In this document: positions 51,627 through 62,280 of the stretch, piece by piece | How the letters are laid out: each line of letters opens with the position of its first letter | Numbering within the stretch: the stretch's first letter is position 1 | Assembly: GCA_027623315.1 (NCBI GenBank) | Contig: JAQBYD010000002.1 | Span: 52,140-116,139, forward strand | Length of the DNA stretch: 64,000 nt | Direction: 5' to 3' | Source of the DNA: Verrucomicrobiota bacterium | Lineage (GTDB): Bacteria > Verrucomicrobiota > Kiritimatiellia > CAJWTS01 | Notes under the pieces: generated by a model | What the model saw: the letters and a program-made list of their open reading frames with translations, nothing else | Database searches by the model: none | What the model was told of the DNA's origin: nothing | Position numbers and translations under genes: made by a program

Positions 51627-54155
51627 ATGAAGGAAAAATACCCATTCTCTGAGATTGAGCCAAAGTGGCAGTCCTACTGGTCTGAACACAAGCTGTTCGA
51701 GGTCGATTCCGCGCAGACGCAGAACAAGTACTATTGCCTGATGATGTTTCCGTATCCGTCCGCCGCGCTGCACGTGGGGCATGGCCGCAACTACATTATC
51801 GGCGATGCGGTGGCGCGCTATAAGAAGATGTGCAATCTCAACGTGCTGACGCCGATGGGTTGGGATGCCTTCGGGTTGCCTGCCGAAAACGCCGCCATCG
51901 CAACCGGCATCCCGCCGCGCGAAAGCACCTTGAAGAATATCGCCACGATGAAGCAGCAGTTCGAATCGTGGGGCGTGTGCTATGACTGGTCGCGCGAGGT
52001 GGCATCCTGCGAACCTGATTACTATCGATGGACGCAGTGGCTCTTCCTGAAGCTTTACGAGAAGGGGCTGGCCTATAAAGGAAAGGCGCCGGTGAACTGG
52101 TGTCCGTCGTGTGTGACCGTGCTCGCCAACGAGCAAGTCGTTGACGGTGCCTGCGAACGCTGTGAGTCACCCGTCGAAGAGAAGCTGCTCGAGCAATGGT
52201 TTTTCAAGATTACCGAGTATGCTCAGCGACTCCTCGACGACCTGCAGAAACTGGATGGCTGGCCTGAGCCGGTCAAGATCATGCAGGCCAACTGGATCGG
52301 CCGCAGCGAGGGCACGATTGTCAATTTCGACCTCGTTGCCAGGGATGATGGCGATCCGGAGACCGTCAAGAGCGTGCCGTGCTATACGACGCGCGTCGAT
52401 ACGATCTACGGGTGTACCTACATGGTGCTCGCACCGGAGTATCCCGGAATCGCCGAATTGGTGAAGGGCCTGCCTGAAGAAGACAACGTGCTGGCCTTCG
52501 TCAAAGAGGCCAGTCAGATCGCCGTGCGTGACCGGGCGACCGATTCCCTCGAAAAGAAGGGCGTGTTCACCGGGCGCAGCGTCAGAAATCCGTACAACGG
52601 GGAAAACGTTCCGCTGTGGGTCGGGAATTACGTGATCATGGACTATGGGACCGGCGCGGTGATGGCGGTTCCCGCACATGACACGCGCGACTGGGCCTTT
52701 GCCAAGCGATATGGCCTCGAGATTCGACTCTCGATCCAGAACTCTGAGCAATCACTCCATCTCGATGAGATGGATGACGCGTATACCGAGGACGGCATCA
52801 CGGCCAACTCAGGCCCATTCGACGGGCTGCCAAACCGGGATGCGATTCCAAAGATGACCGAACATGCCGCGGCCGAGGGGTTTGGCGGGCCGATGGTGGA
52901 TTATCGATTGCGCGACTGGCTGATCAGCCGGCAGCGCTATTGGGGCGCCCCGATCCCGATGATAAAGTGCGAGGAGTGTGGTGTCGTCCCCGTGCCCGAA
53001 GCGGACCTGCCGGTTCTGTTGCCGGAGGACGTCGCGTTTCGGCCAACCGGCGAGTCCCCGCTGGCGCTTTCGGAGTCATTTATGAACGTCGCGTGTCCAT
53101 CTTGCGGGAAAGCCGCGAGACGCGAGAGCGATACGATGGACACTTTCGTGGACTCGAGCTGGTACTTTCTGCGTTTCTTGAGTGCGGGGGACGATTCGCA
53201 GGCGATCGACACCGAGCTCTCGAACCGATGGATGCCGGTGGATCAGTACATCGGCGGGGTGGAGCATGCCATTCTGCACCTGCTCTACGCGCGATTCTTC
53301 ACCAAGGCTCTATATGATTTGGACCTGGTCGGATTCGACGAGCCGTTTGCGCACCTCTTCACGCAGGGCATGATCTGCAAGCGGTCCGATGCCGACGGCC
53401 AGCTCTACAAGATGTCGAAGTCGAAAGGCAATGTCGTCAGCCCGGACGATCTGATTCGTAACTATGGTGCCGACACCGTGCGAGTCTATACCTTGTTCAT
53501 CGGTCCCCCCGAGAAAGACGCCGAGTGGAGCGACCAGGGGATCGAGGGCGCATCGCGCTTTCTGCGGCGGCTATGGCGCCGTGTCCACGATAACCACGAC
53601 ATCCTGACTTCCGCTGCCGGGCTCGATCCGGCCCTGGCCCGCATGGACGATGCCGAGCGCAGCCTTTATCGAAAGACGCACGAAACGATCCAAAGTGTGA
53701 CGCAGGATATGGAGGGCGCCTTCCATTTTAATGCGGCGATCGCCCAGATTATGGAACTGCTGAACGCGATCGACGATTGCGAGGTGGCCGAAGACAGCAG
53801 CGACCAGCGCAAGGCGGTGTACCGCAAGGCGATCGAGACGGTGGTGATTCTCTCGTCGCCCTTCGCACCCCACATTTGTGAGGAGCTGTGGTGCGAGCTC
53901 GGTGGCCAACCGAGTATTCTCACGCAGGACTGGCCTGCCGTGGACCCGGACGCCCTGCTGCGCGCGGAAGTTGAGATCGTCTTGCAGGTGAATGGCAAAG
54001 TGCGCGGTCGCGTGACCGTAGCCGCCGACAAAGATCCCAGTGAGTTGGAGGTCGAGGTGCTGAGCTTGCCCGAAGTCCAGAAGTATACGGAAGGCAAAGC
54101 GGTCCGAAAGGTGATCGTCATACCGAACAAATTAGCCAATGTAGTGGTCGGATAG
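51627..54155 (+). CDS. leuS: Leucyl-tRNA synthetase
   Basis: HVGH (…SAALHVGHGRNY…) and KMSKS (QLYKMSKSKGN) class-I motifs. 842 aa. Confidence 0.95.
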   Translation: MKEKYPFSEIEPKWQSYWSEHKLFEVDSAQTQNKYYCLMMFPYPSAALHVGHGRNYIIGDAVARYKKMCNLNVLTPMGWDAFGLPAENAAIATGIPPRESTLKNIATMKQQFESWGVCYDWSREVASCEPDYYRWTQWLFLKLYEKGLAYKGKAPVNWCPSCVTVLANEQVVDGACERCESPVEEKLLEQWFFKITEYAQRLLDDLQKLDGWPEPVKIMQANWIGRSEGTIVNFDLVARDDGDPETVKSVPCYTTRVDTIYGCTYMVLAPEYPGIAELVKGLPEEDNVLAFVKEASQIAVRDRATDSLEKKGVFTGRSVRNPYNGENVPLWVGNYVIMDYGTGAVMAVPAHDTRDWAFAKRYGLEIRLSIQNSEQSLHLDEMDDAYTEDGITANSGPFDGLPNRDAIPKMTEHAAAEGFGGPMVDYRLRDWLISRQRYWGAPIPMIKCEECGVVPVPEADLPVLLPEDVAFRPTGESPLALSESFMNVACPSCGKAARRESDTMDTFVDSSWYFLRFLSAGDDSQAIDTELSNRWMPVDQYIGGVEHAILHLLYARFFTKALYDLDLVGFDEPFAHLFTQGMICKRSDADGQLYKMSKSKGNVVSPDDLIRNYGADTVRVYTLFIGPPEKDAEWSDQGIEGASRFLRRLWRRVHDNHDILTSAAGLDPALARMDDAERSLYRKTHETIQSVTQDMEGAFHFNAAIAQIMELLNAIDDCEVAEDSSDQRKAVYRKAIETVVILSSPFAPHICEELWCELGGQPSILTQDWPAVDPDALLRAEVEIVLQVNGKVRGRVTVAADKDPSELEVEVLSLPEVQKYTEGKAVRKVIVIPNKLANVVVG

Positions 54156-54252
54156 GGCGACGCCGCGGAGGAAGGTCTCAGGTGTCGTCCTGAAATAGGT
54201 TTCCCTCAAGAATGCTCTTGATCAGGACGATAACTGTAACGATAACCTCTCC

Positions 54253-54348
54253 CTGACACCTGACACCTGACACCTGACACCTGACACCTGACACCTGACA
54301 CCTGACACCTGACACCTGACACCTGACACCTGACACCTGACACCCATG
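54253..54348. repeat. Tandem octamer array (CTGACACC) x12
   Basis: Perfect repeats ending …ctgacacccATG. The ATG at 54346 starts a 77-aa ORF. Confidence 0.9.
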
Positions 54349-54579
54349 TCCACACAACGCTCCAAATCGACCGGTGCCCCCGATTCCCCGCGGATTCGCG
54401 ATGCCGTTGGCGCCTGGTTTTCCCTTACATCCCGTGAACAGACGGCGGTTGCGCTGATCCTGGGACTGGCCCTGCTTGGCCTCATTACCAAATTCTGGTA
54501 TTTATCCAGGGAAGAAGTTGAACCATACTATCTTGAGCACGGACAGCAGACACAGGTGGAGCAACGTCTGAGTCGGTAA
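54346..54579 (+). CDS. Hypothetical small membrane protein
   Basis: 77-aa ORF with one TM helix (ALILGLALLGLITKFWYL), immediately preceded by the octamer array. Coding status uncertain. Confidence 0.25.
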   Translation: MSTQRSKSTGAPDSPRIRDAVGAWFSLTSREQTAVALILGLALLGLITKFWYLSREEVEPYYLEHGQQTQVEQRLSR

Positions 54580-54592
54580 GAGCTGAGGCACC

Positions 54593-55819
54593 ATGGCCTG
54601 GCGAATACATAAAAGTGTGATCTGTGGCGAGATCGACAACCGCGTCCGCGGTCGCGTCACGGGATGGCTTCATCTGGCAGGCCTCGACGACAAGATCGTG
54701 CTCGAGCTCGAGGGCAATTGTCATCGCGACATCGCGGGCTGCAAGATTGCCCTTCGTAATCCGGCCCCCGAACGAGGCAATCTCGAGGGCATGAATTTCC
54801 GACAGCGCGGCAGCGCCGGCGAACTCACGGCCTCGCGCAAAGTTCGCATCGTTCCCGAGCGTAAGCACAGCGAGTCCTGGGACGAGTACATCGCGCGCGC
54901 GCGCGGTTCGCGCAAGGTCGGGAACGCCGTGTACCTCGAGTGGTTCAGTCACTCCAACGGTCGCGTGGTGATCGAGAGCGGGGACTTTCAGGTCACCGTG
55001 CTTGAATCCCGCTGGCGTATGTCGGAAAGCGATCACGAGAGTCAGTGTCAGACCAAGCGGGACGCCATGAGCGACTGGATGGAGGACCTCTGCGAGGGGT
55101 ATTCCGCGGATGAGGATGAGTACGACGAGGACGATGAGGATGAGTCCCAGGCGTTTGATCCGGAGGATGATGAGCCCATGAACGAGTTTGAGTGGGAGCA
55201 GTTCCTGCGCGAAGCCGACGAGCGTGCCGATCGTTATGTGCAGCTCGTTGAGAAATATATGGATCATCCGCAGGGCGATCGCATCATCGCCAGGGAGATG
55301 GGCTGGAACTGGATCCGGGAAGAGATTGAGGATGTCGAGGAGTCCGGCGACCGGGAGGAACATGAGCTTTGGACGGACGCGGCGGATGTCGACCCCAACC
55401 CTCTCACCGAGGGCGTGGACTGGATCCGGGACCGGGACGGCCACATCACCCATCCGCTCACGGGCCGCTTACACGAGTTAACGCTGGCAATGTGGCATTC
55501 CTGCAAGGAGCAGGGACTTATGGATGAGCCCGGGGACCGGGATCTGCACGAGATGCTGTTTCAGCTCCACACCGCGTCGGCCAAGCTGGCGGGGGCGCTC
55601 GACGGGTTGGCTTTCGATGAGGCGCCGGAAGGCGGCTTTGTCGTCGCCTGTCTCAAGCGATCGCTCGTGTTTCTCCATAACGGGATTTCCGCATCGACCC
55701 AGGTGGGGGATAAAGAACTGATCGAGCCGGCTGCCCTGCGTAAGTTCCGGGCCTCACTTTTCAGTATCCGCGAAGACGTCCTGCGCCTGATGGAGCACTA
55801 CAGGCATTGGAAATATTGA
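54593..55819 (+). CDS. Hypothetical protein with highly acidic central region
   Basis: 408 aa with D/E-rich tracts. No recognisable domain. Confidence 0.45.
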   Translation: MAWRIHKSVICGEIDNRVRGRVTGWLHLAGLDDKIVLELEGNCHRDIAGCKIALRNPAPERGNLEGMNFRQRGSAGELTASRKVRIVPERKHSESWDEYIARARGSRKVGNAVYLEWFSHSNGRVVIESGDFQVTVLESRWRMSESDHESQCQTKRDAMSDWMEDLCEGYSADEDEYDEDDEDESQAFDPEDDEPMNEFEWEQFLREADERADRYVQLVEKYMDHPQGDRIIAREMGWNWIREEIEDVEESGDREEHELWTDAADVDPNPLTEGVDWIRDRDGHITHPLTGRLHELTLAMWHSCKEQGLMDEPGDRDLHEMLFQLHTASAKLAGALDGLAFDEAPEGGFVVACLKRSLVFLHNGISASTQVGDKELIEPAALRKFRASLFSIREDVLRLMEHYRHWKY

Positions 55820-55976
55820 ACTCGCGGCGGGCGGCCTGCAGGCGGGCCGTCGCCAGTACCGAATTCTTGAAACGCGACGCATCGCGGTGGTCGAGGTGCG
55901 CTGCGCCCTGCTCCGCGCAGAGACCAGGCGCATTTCGAGGTTGCAATACATCGCCTCCCGAGGTATTCTGTCTTTC

Positions 55977-56804
55977 ATGAATCGAGAGACCATCATCGCC
56001 CCATGCAGACTCGCGATCTACACGCTCGCCGCAACCTGTTTGATCTCCCTCCTCGCTCCGCCTGCCGAGGCCCGGCAGGAGTTCAGCTACTACAAGTACA
56101 TCCTGGAGCGTCATCCTTTCGGCAAGCCTCCTCCGGCACCGGATCCCAATGCGGCGGCCAGTGCCGCGGTCGTCGTGCCCCCGCCCGCGCCGCCCAAGCC
56201 GACGCCACCGTGGGTGGCGAGCTTGAAGCTGGTTGCGATCATTGAGCCCGATGACGAGGACGAGTCGCTGCGTGTGGGCCTGTTTGATCAGAAGGACAAG
56301 AAGAGCTACTTCATCAACCTCGGCGAGACCTACACCTATCACGTCTTCGATGCCGACTACGGAGAGGAGAAGGCCTTGGTCGGACTGGACGATCGCAAGT
56401 TCTGGCTCTTCATGGATGGAAGGCCACCGTACGAGTACGGAATGGAGCCGGAGGGCGATGACGCGGGCGCTTCGGTTACAGGTCAGGCGCGGCCCGCGCG
56501 AGTCGCGGCCGCACCAACACGGCCGCGGCGCCGAACGGCCAGGCGTGTTCAACGCAGCGAAGAGGAACTCGAGGCGATCCGGAAGTCTCTCCCGCCGCCT
56601 GTGTCATCTGCACTGGCGACCGCGCGCGCCAGGGGCAAGGCTCTGCCTGAGATGGAGCCGGAGGACATGGAGGCCTATCTGCGCGAATACCAGATGGAGC
56701 TTATTCGTGCGAAAGGCGAGATGGGCCCGGCGCTTCCGATTCCCCTGACCCCGGAGATGGACGCCAAGCTGGTTGATGAGGGGGTCCTTCCACCGTTGGA
56801 GTAG
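55977..56804 (+). CDS. Hypothetical secreted Pro-rich protein
   Basis: Start set at MNRETII…LAATCLISLLAPPAEA (signal peptide). Pro-rich stretch PPPAPDPN…PPPAPPKPTPP. Confidence 0.4.
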   Translation: MNRETIIAPCRLAIYTLAATCLISLLAPPAEARQEFSYYKYILERHPFGKPPPAPDPNAAASAAVVVPPPAPPKPTPPWVASLKLVAIIEPDDEDESLRVGLFDQKDKKSYFINLGETYTYHVFDADYGEEKALVGLDDRKFWLFMDGRPPYEYGMEPEGDDAGASVTGQARPARVAAAPTRPRRRTARRVQRSEEELEAIRKSLPPPVSSALATARARGKALPEMEPEDMEAYLREYQMELIRAKGEMGPALPIPLTPEMDAKLVDEGVLPPLE

Positions 56805-57081
56805 GAGACAAGTGATGTCTGTGAAATGGCGAAAAATGTACATTCCCAGCTCAAAGTCGCCATTCGGGTCTGCCGGCGCCTGCGGAGTGGTCTGGTGAGG
56901 CCCTGCGCAGGCGCTCATTTTTCGCTGATTTTTTTTTGAGTTCAAGGGTTGACGCGCATTCCGTAGTCCGGTAACATTCTGGGTAGTAAAGGTTGAGAAA
57001 GTCCACCTGGAGGGGTTGACTGCATCGGGCTTTTGACTAATTAGATCACTGCAGAAAACGGAGAAGCAGGAGAAGACACCG

Positions 57082-58101
57082 ATGAAGCACAAAATAGTAG
57101 CCCTCGCGGTAGGATTCGCGTTCGCTGGAACGTTGGCGCATGCAGATGTAAGCAGTGAGAATACGGTCGGTGTTTTTTGTATCGATCTCGTAGCTGGGAA
57201 ATTCAATCTGGTATCAGCGCCGATGCACAAGATCCCTGTTGATCAAGGTGCGGCTACAGGGAATACAGGGCAGACGATCGCTGACGGTGGCGCGGGGTGG
57301 ACCCCTGGGCAGTTTGATGCGGGCGTGAGTAACCCCGCGTTGGAAACCGGCAAAAGCACGTATTACGTGGAACTGACCTCGGGCGTCCTTGAAGGGCGGC
57401 ACTTCCAGATCGCGTCAAACGACGCAGCTACGCTCTTTCTGGAAGCCTCTCATGCTGACTTGGGCGTCGCGAATGTCACCAGTAATGGTTATAAGGTTGT
57501 CCCCTACAATCGAGTGCGCGATGTGTTCGGTGAGCCGGCGGCTTCTCCTTTAGACGTTGGCACATCATCTGCAAATGCTGACAACGTGCTGTTCTTCGGC
57601 GGCGGCGGATTCGAGGTGCCGGTTTTTCTCTTCGAGTTTCTCACGACCAAAGAGTGGCGTCAGGGAGCCGTAGAGGTGGGTGACAAGACTATCGATCGCG
57701 ACGCCGGTTTCTTCGTGAACATGAAGGGAAGCGGAGTCGATACGAATATCTGTCTGACGGGAGAAGTGAGTGATAATGATCAACGCGTTGTTCTCGACGC
57801 GGGCATCACGCTGCATGGCGGCATGAACGTCGTCGATCCCGACTTGAACACGTCCGGTTTAAGCAATGTTTTCGACGTCGGGACCTCCTCCGCCAACGCA
57901 GACAATGTGATTCCGTGGAAGAGCGACCTGACAGGCTATGATGTTCCACACTTCCTGTTCAACTTTTTGACCACAACCGAATGGCGTCAGGGCGCTGTGC
58001 CGACGGGTGCAAGCGTACAGACACCCGCCGGCGCGGGATTCTTCATCAACAATCGCGGTGGTACGGCTGTCACATGGGTACGTCCAACCCCACTGAACTA
58101 G
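57082..58101 (+). CDS. Secreted protein with internal duplicated domain
   Basis: Signal peptide MKHKIVALAVGFAFAGTLAHA. Two copies of DVGTSSANADNV…(V/Y)(P/D)VP.FLF.FLTT.EWRQGAV. Confidence 0.5.
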   Translation: MKHKIVALAVGFAFAGTLAHADVSSENTVGVFCIDLVAGKFNLVSAPMHKIPVDQGAATGNTGQTIADGGAGWTPGQFDAGVSNPALETGKSTYYVELTSGVLEGRHFQIASNDAATLFLEASHADLGVANVTSNGYKVVPYNRVRDVFGEPAASPLDVGTSSANADNVLFFGGGGFEVPVFLFEFLTTKEWRQGAVEVGDKTIDRDAGFFVNMKGSGVDTNICLTGEVSDNDQRVVLDAGITLHGGMNVVDPDLNTSGLSNVFDVGTSSANADNVIPWKSDLTGYDVPHFLFNFLTTTEWRQGAVPTGASVQTPAGAGFFINNRGGTAVTWVRPTPLN

Positions 58102-58165
58102 CCCAGCCACCAATCACAAGACGCATATCCTGAATATTTATCGCTAACCCACAAAAGAAAAAAGG

Positions 58166-58978
58166 ATGAACATGAAGCATAGATTTATCGCGGCAGCAAT
58201 CGCAATATTGGTTCCCATTACGGGAACGGTTTATGGCCAGATTACGGTGACGCTTGACTGGGGGACTCTCGATAACCTCTGGGATGCCTCGAGCGGGTCC
58301 ACGGTACTGATCCCCGATAACTCGACCCAAGGTATCATGTCGTTCTTTAGCTACGATTCCGCCACCGGTACGGAGGTCGCGGATATCTTCGCGCATATTA
58401 CCAGTGGAGCAATCGGTCCAATTGGTGGCACGCCCGGCTCTGCAGGTGGTTTCGGAAGTACGGCTCTTGTACCGACCTCGGCGTGGGATCCCAATGCGTT
58501 GCTGGATTTCGGTCAGATTGGAGGAGGGCTTGGGACCGTCTCGATGGATGCTGGTGTCGATGCATTCGTCGGTGGGCCTTACGGGCCTGGAACTTCTCCT
58601 CTTATCGGCGACGTGGTTTACGGGATGTTCATGGACTTGAGTAGCGGGGCGTACGGTTACGTGTTCAATTCGCAGGACGCGAACTTCGACGCAGGTTCGG
58701 TCAGTTTGTGGGCGATTCCCTCTGATGGAGGTGGCCCGGGTTCCCTCATTGCAGCTCTGGGGCGCAATACGACGGGTGATCCGGGCACATACGGAACTGT
58801 GATCGGCAGTCAGGCCACTATCGGCCCGAATGTGACGCTTGCTACTCCTGGTGCGGGCAGTCCGGTCATAACGGATGCCGCCGGCTGGCACGCAACCAAT
58901 GTACCGGAGCCGGGCACGTTCGCTCTGTTCGGGCTTGGTGCTGTCGCACTGGTGGCGTATCGCCGCCGCCGCGCGTAA
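58166..58978 (+). CDS. PEP-CTERM sorting-domain protein (exosortase substrate)
   Basis: N-terminal signal peptide. C-terminal VPEPGTFALFGLGAVALVAYRRRRA (PEP motif, TM helix, Arg cluster). Confidence 0.75.
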   Translation: MNMKHRFIAAAIAILVPITGTVYGQITVTLDWGTLDNLWDASSGSTVLIPDNSTQGIMSFFSYDSATGTEVADIFAHITSGAIGPIGGTPGSAGGFGSTALVPTSAWDPNALLDFGQIGGGLGTVSMDAGVDAFVGGPYGPGTSPLIGDVVYGMFMDLSSGAYGYVFNSQDANFDAGSVSLWAIPSDGGGPGSLIAALGRNTTGDPGTYGTVIGSQATIGPNVTLATPGAGSPVITDAAGWHATNVPEPGTFALFGLGAVALVAYRRRRA

Positions 58979-59001
58979 GTTCTAGCAACGACACGATTTT
59001 A

Positions 59002-59037
59002 GGCGCTCCCTCTTCACGGAGGGGCGCCTTTTTTTAT
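59002..59037 (+). terminator. Rho-independent terminator after the PEP-CTERM gene
   Basis: GGCGC(T)CCCTC ttcacg GAGGGGCGCC followed by TTTTTTTAT. Confidence 0.55.
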
Positions 59038-59103
59038 ACAGGGACGTCGATAATACTGGTAACTTCGTTCCTTTGATCATGCGACACCCGAGGAGCATTC
59101 GCT

Positions 59104-62100
59104 GTGCATAGAGACGAGCATCCGAAAAAGCCTCTTCCTGCTGCGCTGGTTCACTGGATCGGTCTTGGTCTTGGATCATTGGCTGCAGCTACCTATCTCT
59201 GCACGCTTAGCCAGGGCCCTTTTCCCGGCGAATCCGCGCGCCTGATCGCATCGTATACCGGGCTCTTGCCGATGCTCCCGACGGGGCAGCCGGTATGGCA
59301 CCTGCTCGCGCTACTTGGGCGGGCGATTCCAGGCGTCGGTCCCGACACTGTTCTCAACGTTGTCAGCGCTCTACTCGGCGGGGTCTCTGTTGGTCTCATG
59401 TATGCTGTTGTCGGTCGCCTGATCCGGTACACGCTGCATGACAACACGCATTTCGCCGCCAGTGCGGATCGAACGGGGATGGTCGGAGGTGTCTGTGCGG
59501 CGCTCTTCCTGGCGTTCAGTTCCGCGTTCTGGACGGTGTCAACGCGGGCGCATACGCTTTCACTAGGGATCACGCTGCTGCTTGGTGTGGCCTGGCTGCT
59601 TCTTCGTTTCACGGAGACGGGGCATACGGTATTCCTCTATGCACTGTGCGCTCTCTTAGGCCTCGCCGCAGTGGAGTTCGCGACCGTCCTCCTGTTCGTT
59701 CCGATCTTTGCTTTCTGGACGTTCTATCTCCTGTGGCAGCGGGACCTCATTCGGACGGGTATCATCGCACGCGGGACAGCCTGGCTCCTGTTCGGTCTGT
59801 CGGCTTACCTGTGGGGCGCGTGGCTGATCAGCTCCACCGAGGCTTACGAGCTGTCGCAACACGAGAGCTACTGGGACGTTCTCGTGTATACCTGGCGCAA
59901 TCAATATCTTCTCCTCGCGAGGAGTCTACCTCGCGTTGGATGGCTCCTCGTGGTCCTTATGACCGTGGTGCCATGGGCGGCCAGTATGATTCTGATGAAG
60001 CGTGGCTTGAGCGGGGAGTGGGATTGGGGTTTCGGGCTGCTCCACATTGTGCTGACCGTGATCTCGATCGGAATGCTCTTCAATATCCCGATTATGCCCT
60101 GGCCGATGTTCGGGCAGTCGAATTTGCTCGTTACGCCCTATCTGCTGGGCGCGGTCGTGTACGGGTACGTCATCTGCTACTGGTTCCAACTCGCGCAATG
60201 GAGACAAATCCGCGCGGAGACCGACCCGTCACGGCGTCGGGCATCCGTCGCCTGCGGAGCCATCGCGATCGCGGGTCTGGTTGTTTCCATCATTCCCCTG
60301 TTTCGTAACTATGCGGATACGAACGCCCGCGGTGCCGGTCATGTCAACGCCCTCGTTCACGAGATCATCAACGACCTTTCAGACGATGCATGTCTCGTAA
60401 CGGATGGCGTACTGGACGCAAACCTGGTGATTGCAGCATCCCGACTCGGCCGTGACGACGTGAAGGTTGTGAATCTATTTGGCGGACGCTCGGCTCCATA
60501 CGTCCAGCACGTCCTCAATATACTCGAAAGTCCAACTCTTGCCGGTTTGGGGGACGTAGGCGTGGGCCCCATACTCAAAGAATGGATCCGGGGACATCCG
60601 GAAGATATGCGGCGTGCAGTTGTGATGCCCGTATCGGACATCTGGGAAGGTTCCGGGCATGTGGCCGTGCCCGACCGGTTTGGTTTTGTCGGGTCCAACT
60701 CGGCGGACCTGAATATCACTTCGGTGGAAGAGAGCGAGCGCTTCTGGACAGCGGTCGTTCCAGGGCTACAGGATCTTGCCGCAGGCGGCAACGACATGCT
60801 GACGGCGATCGGCGCTCACTATCTGCGGCACCTGAGCCTAATCGCGAACGATTTGGGTGTCGCCATGGAGGATCAGGGCGATGATGGACGGGCGTTCGCG
60901 CTTTACGATCGCGCGCTCGCCATTTTGCCGGACAACGTGAGTGCCAAGCTGAATCAGTATACCATGATCGAGCAAGGTCGTCATGAAGGCTCGGCGGACG
61001 AGTATCGTCAGCGCTTGGACGCGGTCGTGGAGCGAGCGGGCAAGAGAACGGTGTGGGCCCTCGCGCACACCTACGGATACGTTCGGGCACCCGCTGCGTC
61101 TATCGATTTGGGGATGGTATGGGCTGCTTCGGGGCGACGGTCGGCTGCGCTTCGAGAGTTCAACCGAAGCCGGTCAGTTCAGTTCGAAGCACCGCCGGCC
61201 GCGCGTGCCGCCCTGGCCGATGTGTACCTCAAGCAGTTCGACCTCGACACGAGCCAGGATTTATATCGTAGCGTGCTCGATGAACAACCGCAGAACCTGC
61301 ATGCGTTGCTGGGGATGTCCAGGATTGCCAGTGCACGGGGTGAAATTGATGAGGCGCGCACGTGGGCGGGGAAAGCAGCGGACGCGGGGGCACCGGAATC
61401 GGCGATCTTGCTGGAATCGGCGTTGCTCGCTCTGCAGCAACGCGAGTTGAGCGATGGTCGGGCATTGCTCGAGTCTCTCGTGCTGCAGGCTCCGGCCGAT
61501 CCTACCGCATGGGCGCTTCTATCCGATACGGTATCGCGGCTCAATGACCAGGAGGCTCTGGCGCGTTGTAAACAGAGCATGTTGCGGCTCGAATCCAAGA
61601 ACTACCTGGTGTACGCGGCCCTCGGGGCGATAGCGTCCGGCGAGAAGGATATCAAACAGGCCATAGCCTTCTACGAGTCGTCCTTGGCGCGCAAGCCGAG
61701 TTCCGTCTCGATCATTCGCAGGCTCGCCGTGTTGCATCTCGCGGACGGACAAGAGTCGAAGGCCATGCAGTATGTTCGTATCCTGATTAACCGGGATTCT
61801 GGAGATTCGTTCGGGAATTGGATGTTGGCGCGCCTACAGGTCGAGCGCGGGGAATTGGAGATGGCAGAGAGCACGCTAAAGCGATGTATGACCCGGCATC
61901 CGCATCCAGTCATCATGAACGACCTCGCCGTGCTGTTATTGGAGCAAGCGCGCTTTGAGGAGGCCGAGCGGGTCCTCAAGGATGGTCTACAACGTTGGCC
62001 CGGGCTGTATCTCGGCTGGAGTAACCTCGCTCGTGTATTAATGGCTTCCGACCGGGACCAGGAGGCGTTGGTCGCATTTCGGAACTCGCTGCAGATCAAT

Positions 62101-62280
62101 GCATCGGACCCACGGGTTCACGTGCATGCGGTCGAGTTGTTCATAAAGCTGGGTGAGGATGAGAAGGCGCGCGGCATGCTGAAGGTGCTGCGTGGCAAGC
62201 AAGATTCGCTCCCCGATGACTACAAGTCCCGGCTGGATGCACTCCTTACAGCCATGAGTTCAGGTACCGAGGCGTCCTAA
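59104..62280 (+). CDS. DUF2723-like polytopic membrane domain (GT-C / PMT-like putative glycosyltransferase) fused to a long C-terminal TPR-repeat region
   Basis: About 12 N-terminal TM helices (residues 1 to about 400) then more than 10 TPR-like units (…AFALYDRALAILPDN…, …AIAFYESSLARKPSS…). 1058 aa. Confidence 0.7.
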   Translation: MHRDEHPKKPLPAALVHWIGLGLGSLAAATYLCTLSQGPFPGESARLIASYTGLLPMLPTGQPVWHLLALLGRAIPGVGPDTVLNVVSALLGGVSVGLMYAVVGRLIRYTLHDNTHFAASADRTGMVGGVCAALFLAFSSAFWTVSTRAHTLSLGITLLLGVAWLLLRFTETGHTVFLYALCALLGLAAVEFATVLLFVPIFAFWTFYLLWQRDLIRTGIIARGTAWLLFGLSAYLWGAWLISSTEAYELSQHESYWDVLVYTWRNQYLLLARSLPRVGWLLVVLMTVVPWAASMILMKRGLSGEWDWGFGLLHIVLTVISIGMLFNIPIMPWPMFGQSNLLVTPYLLGAVVYGYVICYWFQLAQWRQIRAETDPSRRRASVACGAIAIAGLVVSIIPLFRNYADTNARGAGHVNALVHEIINDLSDDACLVTDGVLDANLVIAASRLGRDDVKVVNLFGGRSAPYVQHVLNILESPTLAGLGDVGVGPILKEWIRGHPEDMRRAVVMPVSDIWEGSGHVAVPDRFGFVGSNSADLNITSVEESERFWTAVVPGLQDLAAGGNDMLTAIGAHYLRHLSLIANDLGVAMEDQGDDGRAFALYDRALAILPDNVSAKLNQYTMIEQGRHEGSADEYRQRLDAVVERAGKRTVWALAHTYGYVRAPAASIDLGMVWAASGRRSAALREFNRSRSVQFEAPPAARAALADVYLKQFDLDTSQDLYRSVLDEQPQNLHALLGMSRIASARGEIDEARTWAGKAADAGAPESAILLESALLALQQRELSDGRALLESLVLQAPADPTAWALLSDTVSRLNDQEALARCKQSMLRLESKNYLVYAALGAIASGEKDIKQAIAFYESSLARKPSSVSIIRRLAVLHLADGQESKAMQYVRILINRDSGDSFGNWMLARLQVERGELEMAESTLKRCMTRHPHPVIMNDLAVLLLEQARFEEAERVLKDGLQRWPGLYLGWSNLARVLMASDRDQEALVAFRNSLQINASDPRVHVHAVELFIKLGEDEKARGMLKVLRGKQDSLPDDYKSRLDALLTAMSSGTEAS

